A DNA stretch of 64,000 nucleotides from Candidatus Latescibacterota bacterium. Its GTDB lineage: Bacteria > Latescibacterota > UBA2968. The position numbers and the translations under genes are program-made. The notes below the pieces were generated by a model. The model was not told the origin of the DNA. It saw only the letters and a list, made by a program, of their open reading frames with translations, and did no database searches. The stretch spans positions 512,001-576,000 of the forward strand of contig OZ242195.1 in NCBI GenBank assembly GCA_965205975.1, written 5' to 3'. Positions 1-9,115 of the stretch are shown piece by piece (position 1 is the first letter of the stretch; every line of letters begins with the position of its first letter).

Positions 1-2376
1 TTTGCCGGCGTCATCGCGCGAGTAACCATAGGTCATTTGCGTGAGGTCATTGGTGCCAAACGAGAAAAATTCTGCGTGTTCGGCAATTTCGGCGGCGGTG
101 AGGGCAGCGCGGGGAATTTCGATCATGGTGCCGACGAGATACGCGACGCGCTTGCCGGTTTCGCTTTCTACCGCGCGAGCCACGCGATCTGTCATGATTT
201 TGAGTTCGGTAAATTCTTTGACCGTGCCCACGAGTGGGATCATGATTTCGGGAACGGCTTTGGATCCCACATTGGCGGCGGCTTCGAGGATGGCGCGCAC
301 CTGCATTTCGTAAATTTCTGGATAGGTGATGCCCAGCCGACAGCCGCGATGCCCGAGCATAGGATTAAATTCGTTGAGGGATTCGACCTTGTCCTGAATC
401 ACGCGCAACGAGGTATCGAGCCGCCTTGCCATTTCCTCTTGCTGGTCGCTCTCGTGTGGGAGAAACTCGTGCAGGGGGGGATCGAGCAGGCGAATGGTCA
501 CTGGCAGGCCTGCCATGGCATTGAAAATGCCTTCAAAGTCGCCGCGTTGGATGGGCAACAGCTTTTCGAGGGCGCGACGGCGGCCTTCTTCATCATCGGC
601 GAGAATCATTTCGCGCACGATATTGATGCGGTCGCCTTCAAAGAACATGTGTTCCGTGCGGCACAGGCCAATGCCTTCGGCGCCAAAGTCGCGCGCAACA
701 GCCGAATCGTGTGGTGTGTCCGCATTGGTGCGGACATTGAGTGTGCGAATCTCATCGGCCCAGCTCATCAAGATGGCAAAATCACCCGAGAGTTCAGGCT
801 CCTGTGTGGGAACCTGGCCGAGCATGACTTCGCCCGTAGAGCCGTCAATGGAGACCCAGTCGCCGCCTTTGACAACCGTATCGCCGACAGAGAACTGATT
901 CGCTGTGTAGTCGATGACGAGATCGCCACAACCGGCCACACAGCATTTGCCCATGCCGCGGGCAACCACAGCAGCGTGTGAGGTCATGCCCCCGCGTGCG
1001 GTGAGAATGCCCTGCGCGGCGTTCATACCGCCGATGTCTTCGGGCGAGGTTTCGAGGCGTACCAGTAGAACTTGCTCGCCCTGCTCGGCGGCTTCTTCGG
1101 CTTCTTCAGCGAGAAAGACGACCTTTCCCGACGCAGCGCCCGGTGAAGCGGGCAATCCCGTAGCCAATACATTGCGTTCAACTGTAGGATCGAAAGTGGG
1201 GTGCAGGAGTTGGTCGAGTTGTTCGGGGTCCACGCGTTGCACGGCTTCGCTCCGGGTGATCAGCCCTTCGTTGACCATGTCAACGGCAATTTTGACGGCG
1301 GCAGCGGCTGTGCGTTTGCCATTGCGGGTTTGCAGCATCCAGAGTTTGCTCTGTTGCACGGTAAATTCGATGTCCTGCATGTCTCGATAGTGTTTTTCGA
1401 GTGTTTGATAGATGCCTTCGAGTGTTTGATAGGCTTCGGGCTGTCTGCTCTTCAGGCGTTCTACAGGCTCAGGTGTGCGCACGCCTGCGACCACGTCTTC
1501 GCCCTGTGCGTTGGTGAGAAATTCGCCGTAAAATGTGTTTTCTCCCGTGGAGGGATCGCGCGTAAATGCAACGCCTGTGGCGCAGTCGTCGCCCATGTTG
1601 CCATAGACCATGGACTGGACGTTGACGGCTGTTCCCCAGTCTCCGGGGATATTTTCCAGACGCCGATAGGTGATGGCGCGATCCGCCTGCCATGAGCCAA
1701 ATACCGCGCCAATACCGCCCCAGAGTTGCTCGATGGGATCGGTGGGGAAATTTTGTCCCGTGCGTGTTTTGACGATGTCTTTGAACATATCGACGAGGGT
1801 TTTGAGGTCCTCTACGGTCATGTCGAGGTCGTCTTCGATGCCGCGTTTTTCTTTGACTTCCTCAATAGCGGCTTCAAAGGGGTCTATTTCGAGGCCCTCG
1901 GGAGTCACGCCCATTACCACATCGCCATAGGTCTGGATGAAGCGGCGATAAGAGTCCCATCCAAAACGCGGGTTGTTGCTTCTGGCAATAAGACCTTCTG
2001 TGATTTCATCGTTGAGGCCGAGGTTGAGTACGGTTTCCATCATGCCGGGCATGGAGACGCGCGCGCCCGAGCGCACGGAGAGAAGCAATGGGTTTGTCGC
2101 ATCGCCGAATTTGCTGCCCATAACATTTTCGAGTTTGGCAACGTTGTCCATTACCTGTTTTTCAAGTGCGTCGGGATATTGTTTGTCGTGGTCGTAATAA
2201 TACGTGCAAACCTCGGTGGTGATGGTAAATCCAGCGGGCACGGGAATGCCAAGGCCCGACATTTCTGCGAGGTTCGCGCCTTTGCCACCGAGCAAGTTGC
2301 GCATTTCTGCAGCGCCTTCGGCTTTGCCATCGCCAAAGAAATAGACGTATTTTTCTTCTTGTTTTGCTGTTGCCAT
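1..2376 (-). CDS. ppdK: Pyruvate, phosphate dikinase (3' end runs off the window)
   Basis: Not in the ORF track because no stop lies in the window. Reverse strand reads MATAKQEEKYVYFFGDGKAEG...LLGGKGANLAEM..GIPVPAGFTITT and the phospho-His motif GGMTSHAAVVARGMG (~955-995). GGAGG RBS upstream. Confidence 0.95.
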   Translation of the reverse strand, partial: MATAKQEEKYVYFFGDGKAEGAAEMRNLLGGKGANLAEMSGLGIPVPAGFTITTEVCTYYYDHDKQYPDALEKQVMDNVAKLENVMGSKFGDATNPLLLSVRSGARVSMPGMMETVLNLGLNDEITEGLIARSNNPRFGWDSYRRFIQTYGDVVMGVTPEGLEIDPFEAAIEEVKEKRGIEDDLDMTVEDLKTLVDMFKDIVKTRTGQNFPTDPIEQLWGGIGAVFGSWQADRAITYRRLENIPGDWGTAVNVQSMVYGNMGDDCATGVAFTRDPSTGENTFYGEFLTNAQGEDVVAGVRTPEPVERLKSRQPEAYQTLEGIYQTLEKHYRDMQDIEFTVQQSKLWMLQTRNGKRTAAAAVKIAVDMVNEGLITRSEAVQRVDPEQLDQLLHPTFDPTVERNVLATGLPASPGAASGKVVFLAEEAEEAAEQGEQVLLVRLETSPEDIGGMNAAQGILTARGGMTSHAAVVARGMGKCCVAGCGDLVIDYTANQFSVGDTVVKGGDWVSIDGSTGEVMLGQVPTQEPELSGDFAILMSWADEIRTLNVRTNADTPHDSAVARDFGAEGIGLCRTEHMFFEGDRINIVREMILADDEEGRRRALEKLLPIQRGDFEGIFNAMAGLPVTIRLLDPPLHEFLPHESDQQEEMARRLDTSLRVIQDKVESLNEFNPMLGHRGCRLGITYPEIYEMQVRAILEAAANVGSKAVPEIMIPLVGTVKEFTELKIMTDRVARAVESETGKRVAYLVGTMIEIPRAALTAAEIAEHAEFFSFGTNDLTQMTYGYSRDDAGK

Positions 2377-2481
2377 TGCGTCCTCCAAAGGGGTTCAAAT
2401 CGGGACACGACAGTGTGCCCCCGGGATATTTGGGCAGGAAAAAATATAACAGGGTAAAAAAACGAGCAAGGATTTTGTTTG

Positions 2482-2654
2482 AATTAAAAATTAAAAATTA
2501 AAAATTAAGAATGGGGAGCAGAGCGGGCTGGCTGCTGAGAGGTGATCCGCAGATGACGCAGATAACGCAGATGAAAAAGAGGGGCGGAGGACTGAGGTTG
2601 GTGGGTTGAGCGGGCTGACTACTGATCACTGACTACTGATTACTGATTACTGAT
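2482..2654. repeat. Cluster of short tandem arrays: (AATTAAA)x4, 9-mer CGCAGAT-NN x3, (CTGA[C/T][T/C]A)x5
   Basis: Read directly at 2482-2509, 2548-2572 and 2615-2649; the last overlaps the stop codon of the HlyD gene. Confidence 0.8.
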
Positions 2655-3845
2655 GGTATCAGACTGTGAGGTATTGATGGTGTCGGGTGGGGTACTAATA
2701 GTATCGGGCGTATTAATGGTGTTAGGTTGGAGAGCTTGGAATGATTCAATCGATGATTTTACCTGATTGAACTGGGTGTTGCTTTCCCAGCCGAGGATGG
2801 TTTGCAAAATGCTGCGGCGCCCCACATAAATACGCAAATCAGCGGTAGATCCAAAGCTGAGGGCAATGGGGGTTTGTTTGACGACGACTTCCAGACCAAA
2901 GGTGCGAACATTGCCTTCAATGACGGCATACCCATGAACTTCTGACACTTCGCCCTGACCGACAAAACCTTCGCGGTCAGTGAAGAGATTGCTCAATATT
3001 TCAACGGGTTGGCCGGGGCGCACCTTCCACGCGCTGGTTTCGGCCATCCAGGCACCGATGACTGTACCTTCGCCTTCTCCTGCGATGATCATGACAACGG
3101 CACCCTGACTGGCCTGCATGCCCGGATAGAGATCCTGGCGAGCCACCACGCCACTGACTGGCGCGCGCAAGGTGGCGCGTTCAAGGGCTTCGCGCGCGGC
3201 TTCGAGATTGTGTTTTGCCTTGTCCAGAGACGCCTGGGTTTGGCGCACTGCTGCTTCTGCCTGTTGAATTTCTGCGGGCAGGGGACCGCGTCTCACCAGG
3301 TTGAGATTTTCGAGTTCGACTTTTAAGCTGGCTTCAGCGAGGTCGTAATTGGTTTTGGCGCGTTCGTAGTCTTCCTGACTGAAGAGGCGCTGGCCTTCAT
3401 AGAGAGCCTGGGCGCGTTTGAGGTCCTGTTGTCGGGCCGTGAGGTTGATGCGCGCTTGCTCAACACGCGATTCGGCTATTTTGATTTCTTCGGGGGTTGG
3501 CTGTGCACGCAGCAGGGCAAGTCGCGCCTGTGCAGCTTCGAGGTTGGCCATTTCCCGTTTGATTTCTTGTTCTGCGGTTGCCGCTGCCGCTCTCAAATTG
3601 CCGTCGTAGAGCCGTGCGACGGGTTGATCGACTGTGACGGAGTCACCGGGGCTTACGAGGATTTCCTGGATGTCCTGGCTCATGGGCGAATTGATAAATA
3701 TTTTGTCTCCTGGTTCTACAATGCCTTGAGCCATCACAATATCGTCAATCTGGATCAGTGCAAGGGCGAGTGCAATGGCCCCAATTACACCGAAGACCCA
3801 GAGTAGCCATTTGACAATTCTGCCTTTTCGGCGACGGCGCATCAT
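2640..3845 (-). CDS. HlyD-family secretion / periplasmic adaptor protein
   Basis: N-terminal TM helix, lipoyl half-motifs (V.PGD.V...Q; LRAPVSGVV) and a long coiled-coil hairpin. Confidence 0.85.
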   Translation of the reverse strand: MMRRRRKGRIVKWLLWVFGVIGAIALALALIQIDDIVMAQGIVEPGDKIFINSPMSQDIQEILVSPGDSVTVDQPVARLYDGNLRAAAATAEQEIKREMANLEAAQARLALLRAQPTPEEIKIAESRVEQARINLTARQQDLKRAQALYEGQRLFSQEDYERAKTNYDLAEASLKVELENLNLVRRGPLPAEIQQAEAAVRQTQASLDKAKHNLEAAREALERATLRAPVSGVVARQDLYPGMQASQGAVVMIIAGEGEGTVIGAWMAETSAWKVRPGQPVEILSNLFTDREGFVGQGEVSEVHGYAVIEGNVRTFGLEVVVKQTPIALSFGSTADLRIYVGRRSILQTILGWESNTQFNQVKSSIESFQALQPNTINTPDTISTPPDTINTSQSDTISNQ

Positions 3846-3867
3846 GGGATTATTTTTTTCCTTTTGC

Positions 3868-3895
3868 TTGACAGATTTTGGGAGAATGGTATATT
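3868..3895 (+). promoter_or_regulatory. Sigma70-type promoter for tRNA-Lys
   Basis: TTGACA-16 nt-TATATT, about 27 nt upstream of the tRNA. Confidence 0.6.
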
Positions 3896-3922
3896 TTATA
3901 ATTCTATACCAAAATCCTGGAT

Positions 3923-3995
3923 GGGCGCGTAGCTCAGGCGGTAGAGCAACGGCCTTTTAAGCCGTGGGTCGCAGGTTCGAATCCTGCCGCGCTCA
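3923..3995 (+). tRNA. tRNA-Lys(TTT), CCA not encoded
   Basis: Acceptor GGGCGCG/CGCGCTC, anticodon arm ACGGC-CTTTTAA-GCCGT, T-loop GTTCGAATC. Confidence 0.95.
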
Positions 3996-4007
3996 CTATT
4001 ACAAAAT

Positions 4008-4040
4008 GGCCCTGAATCACTATGATTTCAGGGCTTTTTT
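4008..4040 (+). terminator. Intrinsic terminator after tRNA-Lys
   Basis: GGCCCTGAA...TTCAGGGCT hairpin followed by a T run. Confidence 0.7.
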
Positions 4041-4150
4041 CGCGCCCCTTGCGAGTAAAGATAGTAAACAAATTTATTATATTGTTTTTAAAAGGTCAAG
4101 AAAGTTATAAACAAAAGTTATGATTTAGAACCGCCATACTGCACGGCAAC

Positions 4151-4179
4151 TTGACATTACAATGGGTATTAAATATATT
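4151..4179 (+). promoter_or_regulatory. Sigma70-type promoter for cysH
   Basis: TTGACA-17 nt-TATATT; AGGAG RBS before the ATG at 4207. Confidence 0.65.
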
Positions 4180-4206
4180 GTGAATCAACGAACTCAAGAA
4201 TAGGAG

Positions 4207-4953
4207 ATGTTTGTGCTTACCCGAGAAAAATTGAATGCGCAGTCCCTGGCTCTTGAAACGGCGCCTCTGGAAGATATTTTGATCTGGGCATGGGAGACGT
4301 TGGGTTCTCGCGTGGCATTTGGTACTGCTTTTGGTGCCAGCGGCATGGTTTTGCTCGACGTGATGCAAAAGGCCGCGCCACAAATTCCCGTATTTACAAT
4401 TGACACGGGTTTTCTGTTTCCCGAGACCCTGAGCTTGATCGACCGCGTGGAGGCGCGCTATGGAATTGAGATTGAGCGGGTGCATTCTCGCTTGAGTATT
4501 GAAGAGCAAGCGCGTGATTACGGTGACGAACTCTACAAGCGGGATGCCGACCGGTGTTGCTGGTTGCGGAAAGTCGAGCCGTTGCAGCGCAAGTTGTCCC
4601 AGTTGAATGGCTGGATTAATAGCCGCCGGCGAGATCAGAGCGATACCCGCAGCCAAATTTCCATTCTGGAATATTATGAGACAGATGGTCGCGCGTTGCT
4701 CAAATTGAATCCCATGGCACCGTGGACGCGCAAACAGGTCTGGGATTATATTGTCGAACACGATGTGCCCTATAATCCCTTGATGGATCAGGGCTTTGCC
4801 ACGATAGGATGCTGGCCCTGCACAAAAGCTGTGGATGCAGATGCAGACGAACGCGCCGGTCGTTGGGCGGGTTCGGATAAGACAGAATGCGGTATTCACA
4901 CCTTTTTACAGCCTATTGATGCGGCGGTTAATGCCGTGCCTGTTGAATCTTGA
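4207..4953 (+). CDS. cysH: APS/PAPS reductase (Fe-S type)
   Basis: IDTGFLFPET, CC..RK (CCWLRKVEPL), GCWPCT, ERAGRW and the C-terminal ECGIH motif. Confidence 0.93.
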   Translation: MFVLTREKLNAQSLALETAPLEDILIWAWETLGSRVAFGTAFGASGMVLLDVMQKAAPQIPVFTIDTGFLFPETLSLIDRVEARYGIEIERVHSRLSIEEQARDYGDELYKRDADRCCWLRKVEPLQRKLSQLNGWINSRRRDQSDTRSQISILEYYETDGRALLKLNPMAPWTRKQVWDYIVEHDVPYNPLMDQGFATIGCWPCTKAVDADADERAGRWAGSDKTECGIHTFLQPIDAAVNAVPVES

Positions 4954-5096
4954 CATAATGTCGAAAATAGTATTATTTGGATGTAATCGCGGCCCTCTCG
5001 TGGGGTCGTTTTTGGTTTATGCAAAAAAGAAACACCCTTTTCGAGTAAATGATGTTACGCGGCGATGTGATATAAGGCTGTAGGTCAGCAGGTAGC

Positions 5097-5696
5097 ATGG
5101 AGGAAATCATGATAACTGAAAATGAATTGCGACGACGCGCCGATGAGGGATCTCCAGAAGCACAGTATGATCTTGGCTGGCGGTATTCCGCAGGTCATGA
5201 TGTGCAGAAAGATGACGAAGAGGCAGTGAAGTGGCTCCGCAAGGCAGCCGATCAAGGTCATACTAAAAGTCAGAATATCCTTGGTTTGATGTATGCCGTT
5301 GGTCATGGTGTACCGCAAGACGATGTAGAGGCAGCAAAGTGGTTTCGCAAGGCAGCCGATCAAGGACTTGCTCAAGCTCAGCATAGTCTTGGTGTGATGT
5401 ATTATTTTGGAAATGGTGTGCCGCAAGACTGTATGGAGGCAGCAAAGTGGTTTCGCAAGGCAGCCGATCAAGGACTTGCCCAAGCCCAGCACGACCTGGG
5501 CGCAATGTATGTAAATGGAGAGGGGACACCCCAAGACTATGTGGAAGCCCACAGGTGGTGGAACCTCGCCGCGGCACAGGGTAATGAGGAAGCGCGGGAG
5601 AAACGCGATATACTTACCAAAATGTTGACCCCTTCTCAGGTCGCCGATGCCCAGTACCGAGCACGCGAAAAAATGGAAGAGATCCACGATGAATGA
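5097..5696 (+). CDS. Sel1-repeat (TPR-like) protein
   Basis: Repeated AQ..LG.MY..G.GVPQD..EA.KWFRKAADQG units with 108-nt DNA periodicity. Confidence 0.93.
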   Translation: MEEIMITENELRRRADEGSPEAQYDLGWRYSAGHDVQKDDEEAVKWLRKAADQGHTKSQNILGLMYAVGHGVPQDDVEAAKWFRKAADQGLAQAQHSLGVMYYFGNGVPQDCMEAAKWFRKAADQGLAQAQHDLGAMYVNGEGTPQDYVEAHRWWNLAAAQGNEEAREKRDILTKMLTPSQVADAQYRAREKMEEIHDE

Positions 5697-6099
5697 AGAA
5701 GAAACATTTGTGGAAGTACTCCAGCAGGAGTTCCTACAAGCTAAAAAAATATACCGGAATCTGGAACAGGTTGTTATTGTCACTACCGAAGATAAGCTCC
5801 GGCTCTGTCTGCATAAATCTATTGACCGTCTCGGCACCAAACGGGAGTGGTGGACACCAGTGGCTCTGTTGGTGACACTCGTTCTTGCACTAACCACGGC
5901 TGAATTCAAAGACCGATTCGCTTTTCCGGCAGCAACTTGGCAGGCATTTTTCTTGCTATTAACATTAGCCTCATTGATCTGGACTTTTGTGGCTATATGG
6001 AAAGCGATCCGAGTCAAAGTATCTGTTGAATCAATCGTATCCGAAATCAAGCAGCAGTCTCCAGAAATAACAGATGTTGAAGTGGGACAGAGAGATTAA
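5689..6099 (+). CDS. Small two-TM membrane protein of unknown function
   Basis: ATG overlaps the end of the Sel1 gene; two hydrophobic stretches (WWTPVALLVTLVLAL; WQAFFLLLTLASLIWTFVAIW). Confidence 0.7.
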   Translation: MNEEETFVEVLQQEFLQAKKIYRNLEQVVIVTTEDKLRLCLHKSIDRLGTKREWWTPVALLVTLVLALTTAEFKDRFAFPAATWQAFFLLLTLASLIWTFVAIWKAIRVKVSVESIVSEIKQQSPEITDVEVGQRD

Positions 6100-6159
6100 G
6101 GGCGATTTTTCTACATACTGGGCTTCAGAAAATGCCACAAAGATAGAGGAAAAGCCACA

Positions 6160-6372
6160 ATGTCTGAGATCATATTTGAAGTCAGCGAGGATGAAGTTGA
6201 TGGCGGATACTCCGCCAATGCGCTGGGATATGGCATCCACACCGAGGGCGAAACGCTTGAGGAACTTCGCCAGAATGTCAAAGAAGCTGTAGAGTGCTAC
6301 TTTGATGAAACGATGAAACGCCTTGGATTGATTCGTCTGTACTCAGACAATGTCGTTGTCCGGTGGGGATGA
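6160..6372 (+). CDS. HicB-like antitoxin-fold small protein; orphan, tail possibly altered
   Basis: EIIFEVSEDEVDGGYSANALGYGIHTEGETLEELRQNVKEAVECYF pattern; no HicA-like partner seen next to it. Confidence 0.75.
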   Translation: MSEIIFEVSEDEVDGGYSANALGYGIHTEGETLEELRQNVKEAVECYFDETMKRLGLIRLYSDNVVVRWG

Positions 6373-6413
6373 GAAGTACCAGAAAGATGAGCAACAGGAA
6401 ATAGGAGTGATTC

Positions 6414-8456
6414 ATGATAGGCAATAGTTACAAAGATAAGAAGGAAGCGGTATTGGACGTGTGTAATCGATATCTATCTTCACGCGGTGATGCCGAGGAT
6501 GGTGTTGATGTAGATTTCCTGAAAGACCGAGTTAAAGCACTGAAGGACAGCCGGTATGTTCTCCTCGTAGCTGGTGAAGTGAAGGCGGGGAAATCTACTT
6601 TTATCAATGCGCTACTCGGAGAGAAAATTTTGCCGACTGATGTCTTTCAGAGTTCGAGTGCTGTCGTCGAGATATGCAAGTCCAAGAAGAAATACGTCAA
6701 GGTTCTCTATGCAGACGGAAAACCTCGGTACGAAGCATTCGAGGATCTGCGAAAGATTGGAGCGATCAAAGATGAATACCGTAGCATTCCGACTACGCTG
6801 ATTGACACCCGTATTGTCGAAGGAAGTATCAAGCCTGGCCATCCGCTTCCCATTGGCGAACTAGAAGCTGAGAGCAAGTTGCGGCTACAAGATGAGAAGG
6901 CACTCATCGAAAAATATGTAAAAAGTCGAACTCTCGCGGACATACCCGAGAAAATTACCTTCGGCTTTCCGCTCAAATACACCTTTGATGGGCTTCGCAT
7001 AGTTGACAGCCCAGGCGTCAGTGCCCGCGGCGGTGTTCAGGGTGTCACCTACGACTATTTCCAGGAAGCAAACGCAGTGCTGTTCATCCATTCGCTTGAA
7101 TCACCTATCGAGAGTAGTTCATTTTACGACTTCATCACTAAGGTCGTGCCTGACCGTACTCGGGAGACGCTGTTCTTGGTCCTCACAAAGAGCGGAGGGA
7201 AGTCAAAAATTGAGATCAATGAAAAGGTCCGCGAGGCACGCCAACGGTACGATAAGGAGTTCGATAAGCATCGAATTCTGCATGTGGATTCCATGCTCAA
7301 AATCGTTTCCGACGAGATTGAGAGCTTCGATTCTGCCGATACCCTCAAGCAATACTACCGTGATCAAAAAGAACAATTCGAGTTAAAATATGAACAGGAC
7401 CAGAGTCAAGAGTGGCGAGATGAGGCGATTAACTTCGATATCAAGCTTAAACTACTAAATGGTGTCCTTGATGATATTGATGGTGATTCTGACTTTGAGG
7501 CCGTCCGATCTGCCCTGCAGGAATCATCTAACTTCGATGAAATGGAACGCGTTATTGATAAGTTCTCAGACCGAGCACCTTTGATTCAACTCACAGAACT
7601 TCTCTTGTCCGTGAAGCACGGATACGGCACACGGGTCGCAAAGCTTAAAGAAAACCTCGCCTTGTGGAACAAACAGAGCAAACACCCGCAGACTTTCGAG
7701 GATGAGATCAGCGAAATTCAAGAACGCTTGAATGAATACCGACACTCGATGAATGAATTTACCGAAGGTGTCACCAGCAAATACACCGGGCGTAATGCCT
7801 TATATCAAAGTTCACTCAAGCAGACCGAAACCGATTATTTTAATCAGATTAATGACGCATCCATGCTTGACGGAGTCAAGAAAGCACTTGCTGACTTTCA
7901 CGACGCGATGAGTGTATTCGCCAATGAGAAAGAGTCAGAAATAAAATCTCTGTTCGAAGACGAGGTGAGACGGTTGGAAGGGCAGTTCAAGACTGAGTAT
8001 TCCATCACTGTACCAACGGTCGATATTTCAGGTATTACAGCCAAGGCAAAAGAAGGGGCGTATCGGGAAAGAGAGGTGCCTAGAGAGCCTAAGGGTTTCT
8101 GGGAATGGACTAAGAAAATAGTCACCTTTGGGATAGCGAAGTTTACCCAGAAGGAGACCATTTATGACTCTCTGGCCCACTTGTCTGCATACAAAAGACT
8201 TGCACATCAGGTTGTAGAAGAGTACAAGGAAAAATTGCCCGGTCTTGTGTCAAGTCTTATTGAAAACTTTAAGACGGATTTCCAGCCATCTCTCAAGCTC
8301 CTTATTGACTCACGTAACAAAGAACTGGAGGACATTAAGACGAGCCAAGCCACAAATGAGGAGATATTGGCGAATATCGATGCGGCAGAGCAGAAAAAAA
8401 AAGACATCGCGGCTCAGGTAGCTTGGATTACCGATATGTTAGGAGATCTCCAATGA
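6414..8456 (+). CDS. Bacterial dynamin-like GTPase
   Basis: G1 GEVKAGKST followed by FINALLG.KILP, G3 DSPG, G4-like TKSG, long helical C-terminus with an aromatic loop (KGFWEWTKKIVTFGIAKF). AGGAG RBS. Confidence 0.9.
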   Translation: MIGNSYKDKKEAVLDVCNRYLSSRGDAEDGVDVDFLKDRVKALKDSRYVLLVAGEVKAGKSTFINALLGEKILPTDVFQSSSAVVEICKSKKKYVKVLYADGKPRYEAFEDLRKIGAIKDEYRSIPTTLIDTRIVEGSIKPGHPLPIGELEAESKLRLQDEKALIEKYVKSRTLADIPEKITFGFPLKYTFDGLRIVDSPGVSARGGVQGVTYDYFQEANAVLFIHSLESPIESSSFYDFITKVVPDRTRETLFLVLTKSGGKSKIEINEKVREARQRYDKEFDKHRILHVDSMLKIVSDEIESFDSADTLKQYYRDQKEQFELKYEQDQSQEWRDEAINFDIKLKLLNGVLDDIDGDSDFEAVRSALQESSNFDEMERVIDKFSDRAPLIQLTELLLSVKHGYGTRVAKLKENLALWNKQSKHPQTFEDEISEIQERLNEYRHSMNEFTEGVTSKYTGRNALYQSSLKQTETDYFNQINDASMLDGVKKALADFHDAMSVFANEKESEIKSLFEDEVRRLEGQFKTEYSITVPTVDISGITAKAKEGAYREREVPREPKGFWEWTKKIVTFGIAKFTQKETIYDSLAHLSAYKRLAHQVVEEYKEKLPGLVSSLIENFKTDFQPSLKLLIDSRNKELEDIKTSQATNEEILANIDAAEQKKKDIAAQVAWITDMLGDLQ

Positions 8457-9115
8457 AACGCCGAATGAGAGTGCGAATCGAGGGAGATATACGCGAGGAA
8501 TTTGATGAACTGCGCGAGAAACTGAGCCGCCACTTTGAACCTGATACGGATGTTGATCAGGCGCGGCGGATACTCATTGAACACGCGCCTACAATGGTCG
8601 TTGCAAAGGCTCAACTCCTCCTTGATACCTTGTTGAATTACTTGATGGAGGATGCGACGGAGGCATTGACTGATGCCCCAATGACGATTAAGAACGCCTT
8701 TTATGACCTTGACCTTAGAGCTTCTATCAAAGAATCCTTTTCTTTAAAACCTGAATTGCTGGAGTTGTCATTCGACCCGCGGATAATAGCCGGTGGTGTC
8801 GCGGCGGGCTCAACGGCTACAGCAGGCGGACTCATGACCGCATTGTTTCTGAGCGGACTAATCTTCCGAATCATTGGAGGAGTAGCCACCCTTGTCGCCT
8901 CTGCGATTGCCTTTCGAATCGCTCACACAGCCGCAACTGGCACTGCTCTCCAGCGATTGCGGAACGGCTTGGAAGAATACCTGACTCATTCCGAGCAGCA
9001 GATGTCTTCGTGGCTAACAGACATTGAAGAAGACTTCGTCGCAGCCTTCAAGAAGTTCCAGGACGAGGTGGAACGATCAAACGGAGGGAAGTCTGATGGT
9101 TCAGAACCAAGCTGA
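8453..9115 (+). CDS. Helical membrane protein resembling a dynamin stalk/paddle without a GTPase domain
   Basis: ATGA overlap with the dynamin stop and AGGAG RBS; Gly/Ala-rich hydrophobic hairpin flanked by amphipathic helices. Confidence 0.75.
   Translation: MKRRMRVRIEGDIREEFDELREKLSRHFEPDTDVDQARRILIEHAPTMVVAKAQLLLDTLLNYLMEDATEALTDAPMTIKNAFYDLDLRASIKESFSLKPELLELSFDPRIIAGGVAAGSTATAGGLMTALFLSGLIFRIIGGVATLVASAIAFRIAHTAATGTALQRLRNGLEEYLTHSEQQMSSWLTDIEEDFVAAFKKFQDEVERSNGGKSDGSEPS

Noticed and set aside
37..2457. Long plus-strand ORFs (314, 164, 243 aa) in the ORF track
   Set aside because: Antisense shadows of ppdK, which the track missed because its stop codon lies outside the window.
5085..6050. 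321-aa minus-strand ORF with repeats
   Set aside because: Antisense shadow of the Sel1 and 2-TM genes.
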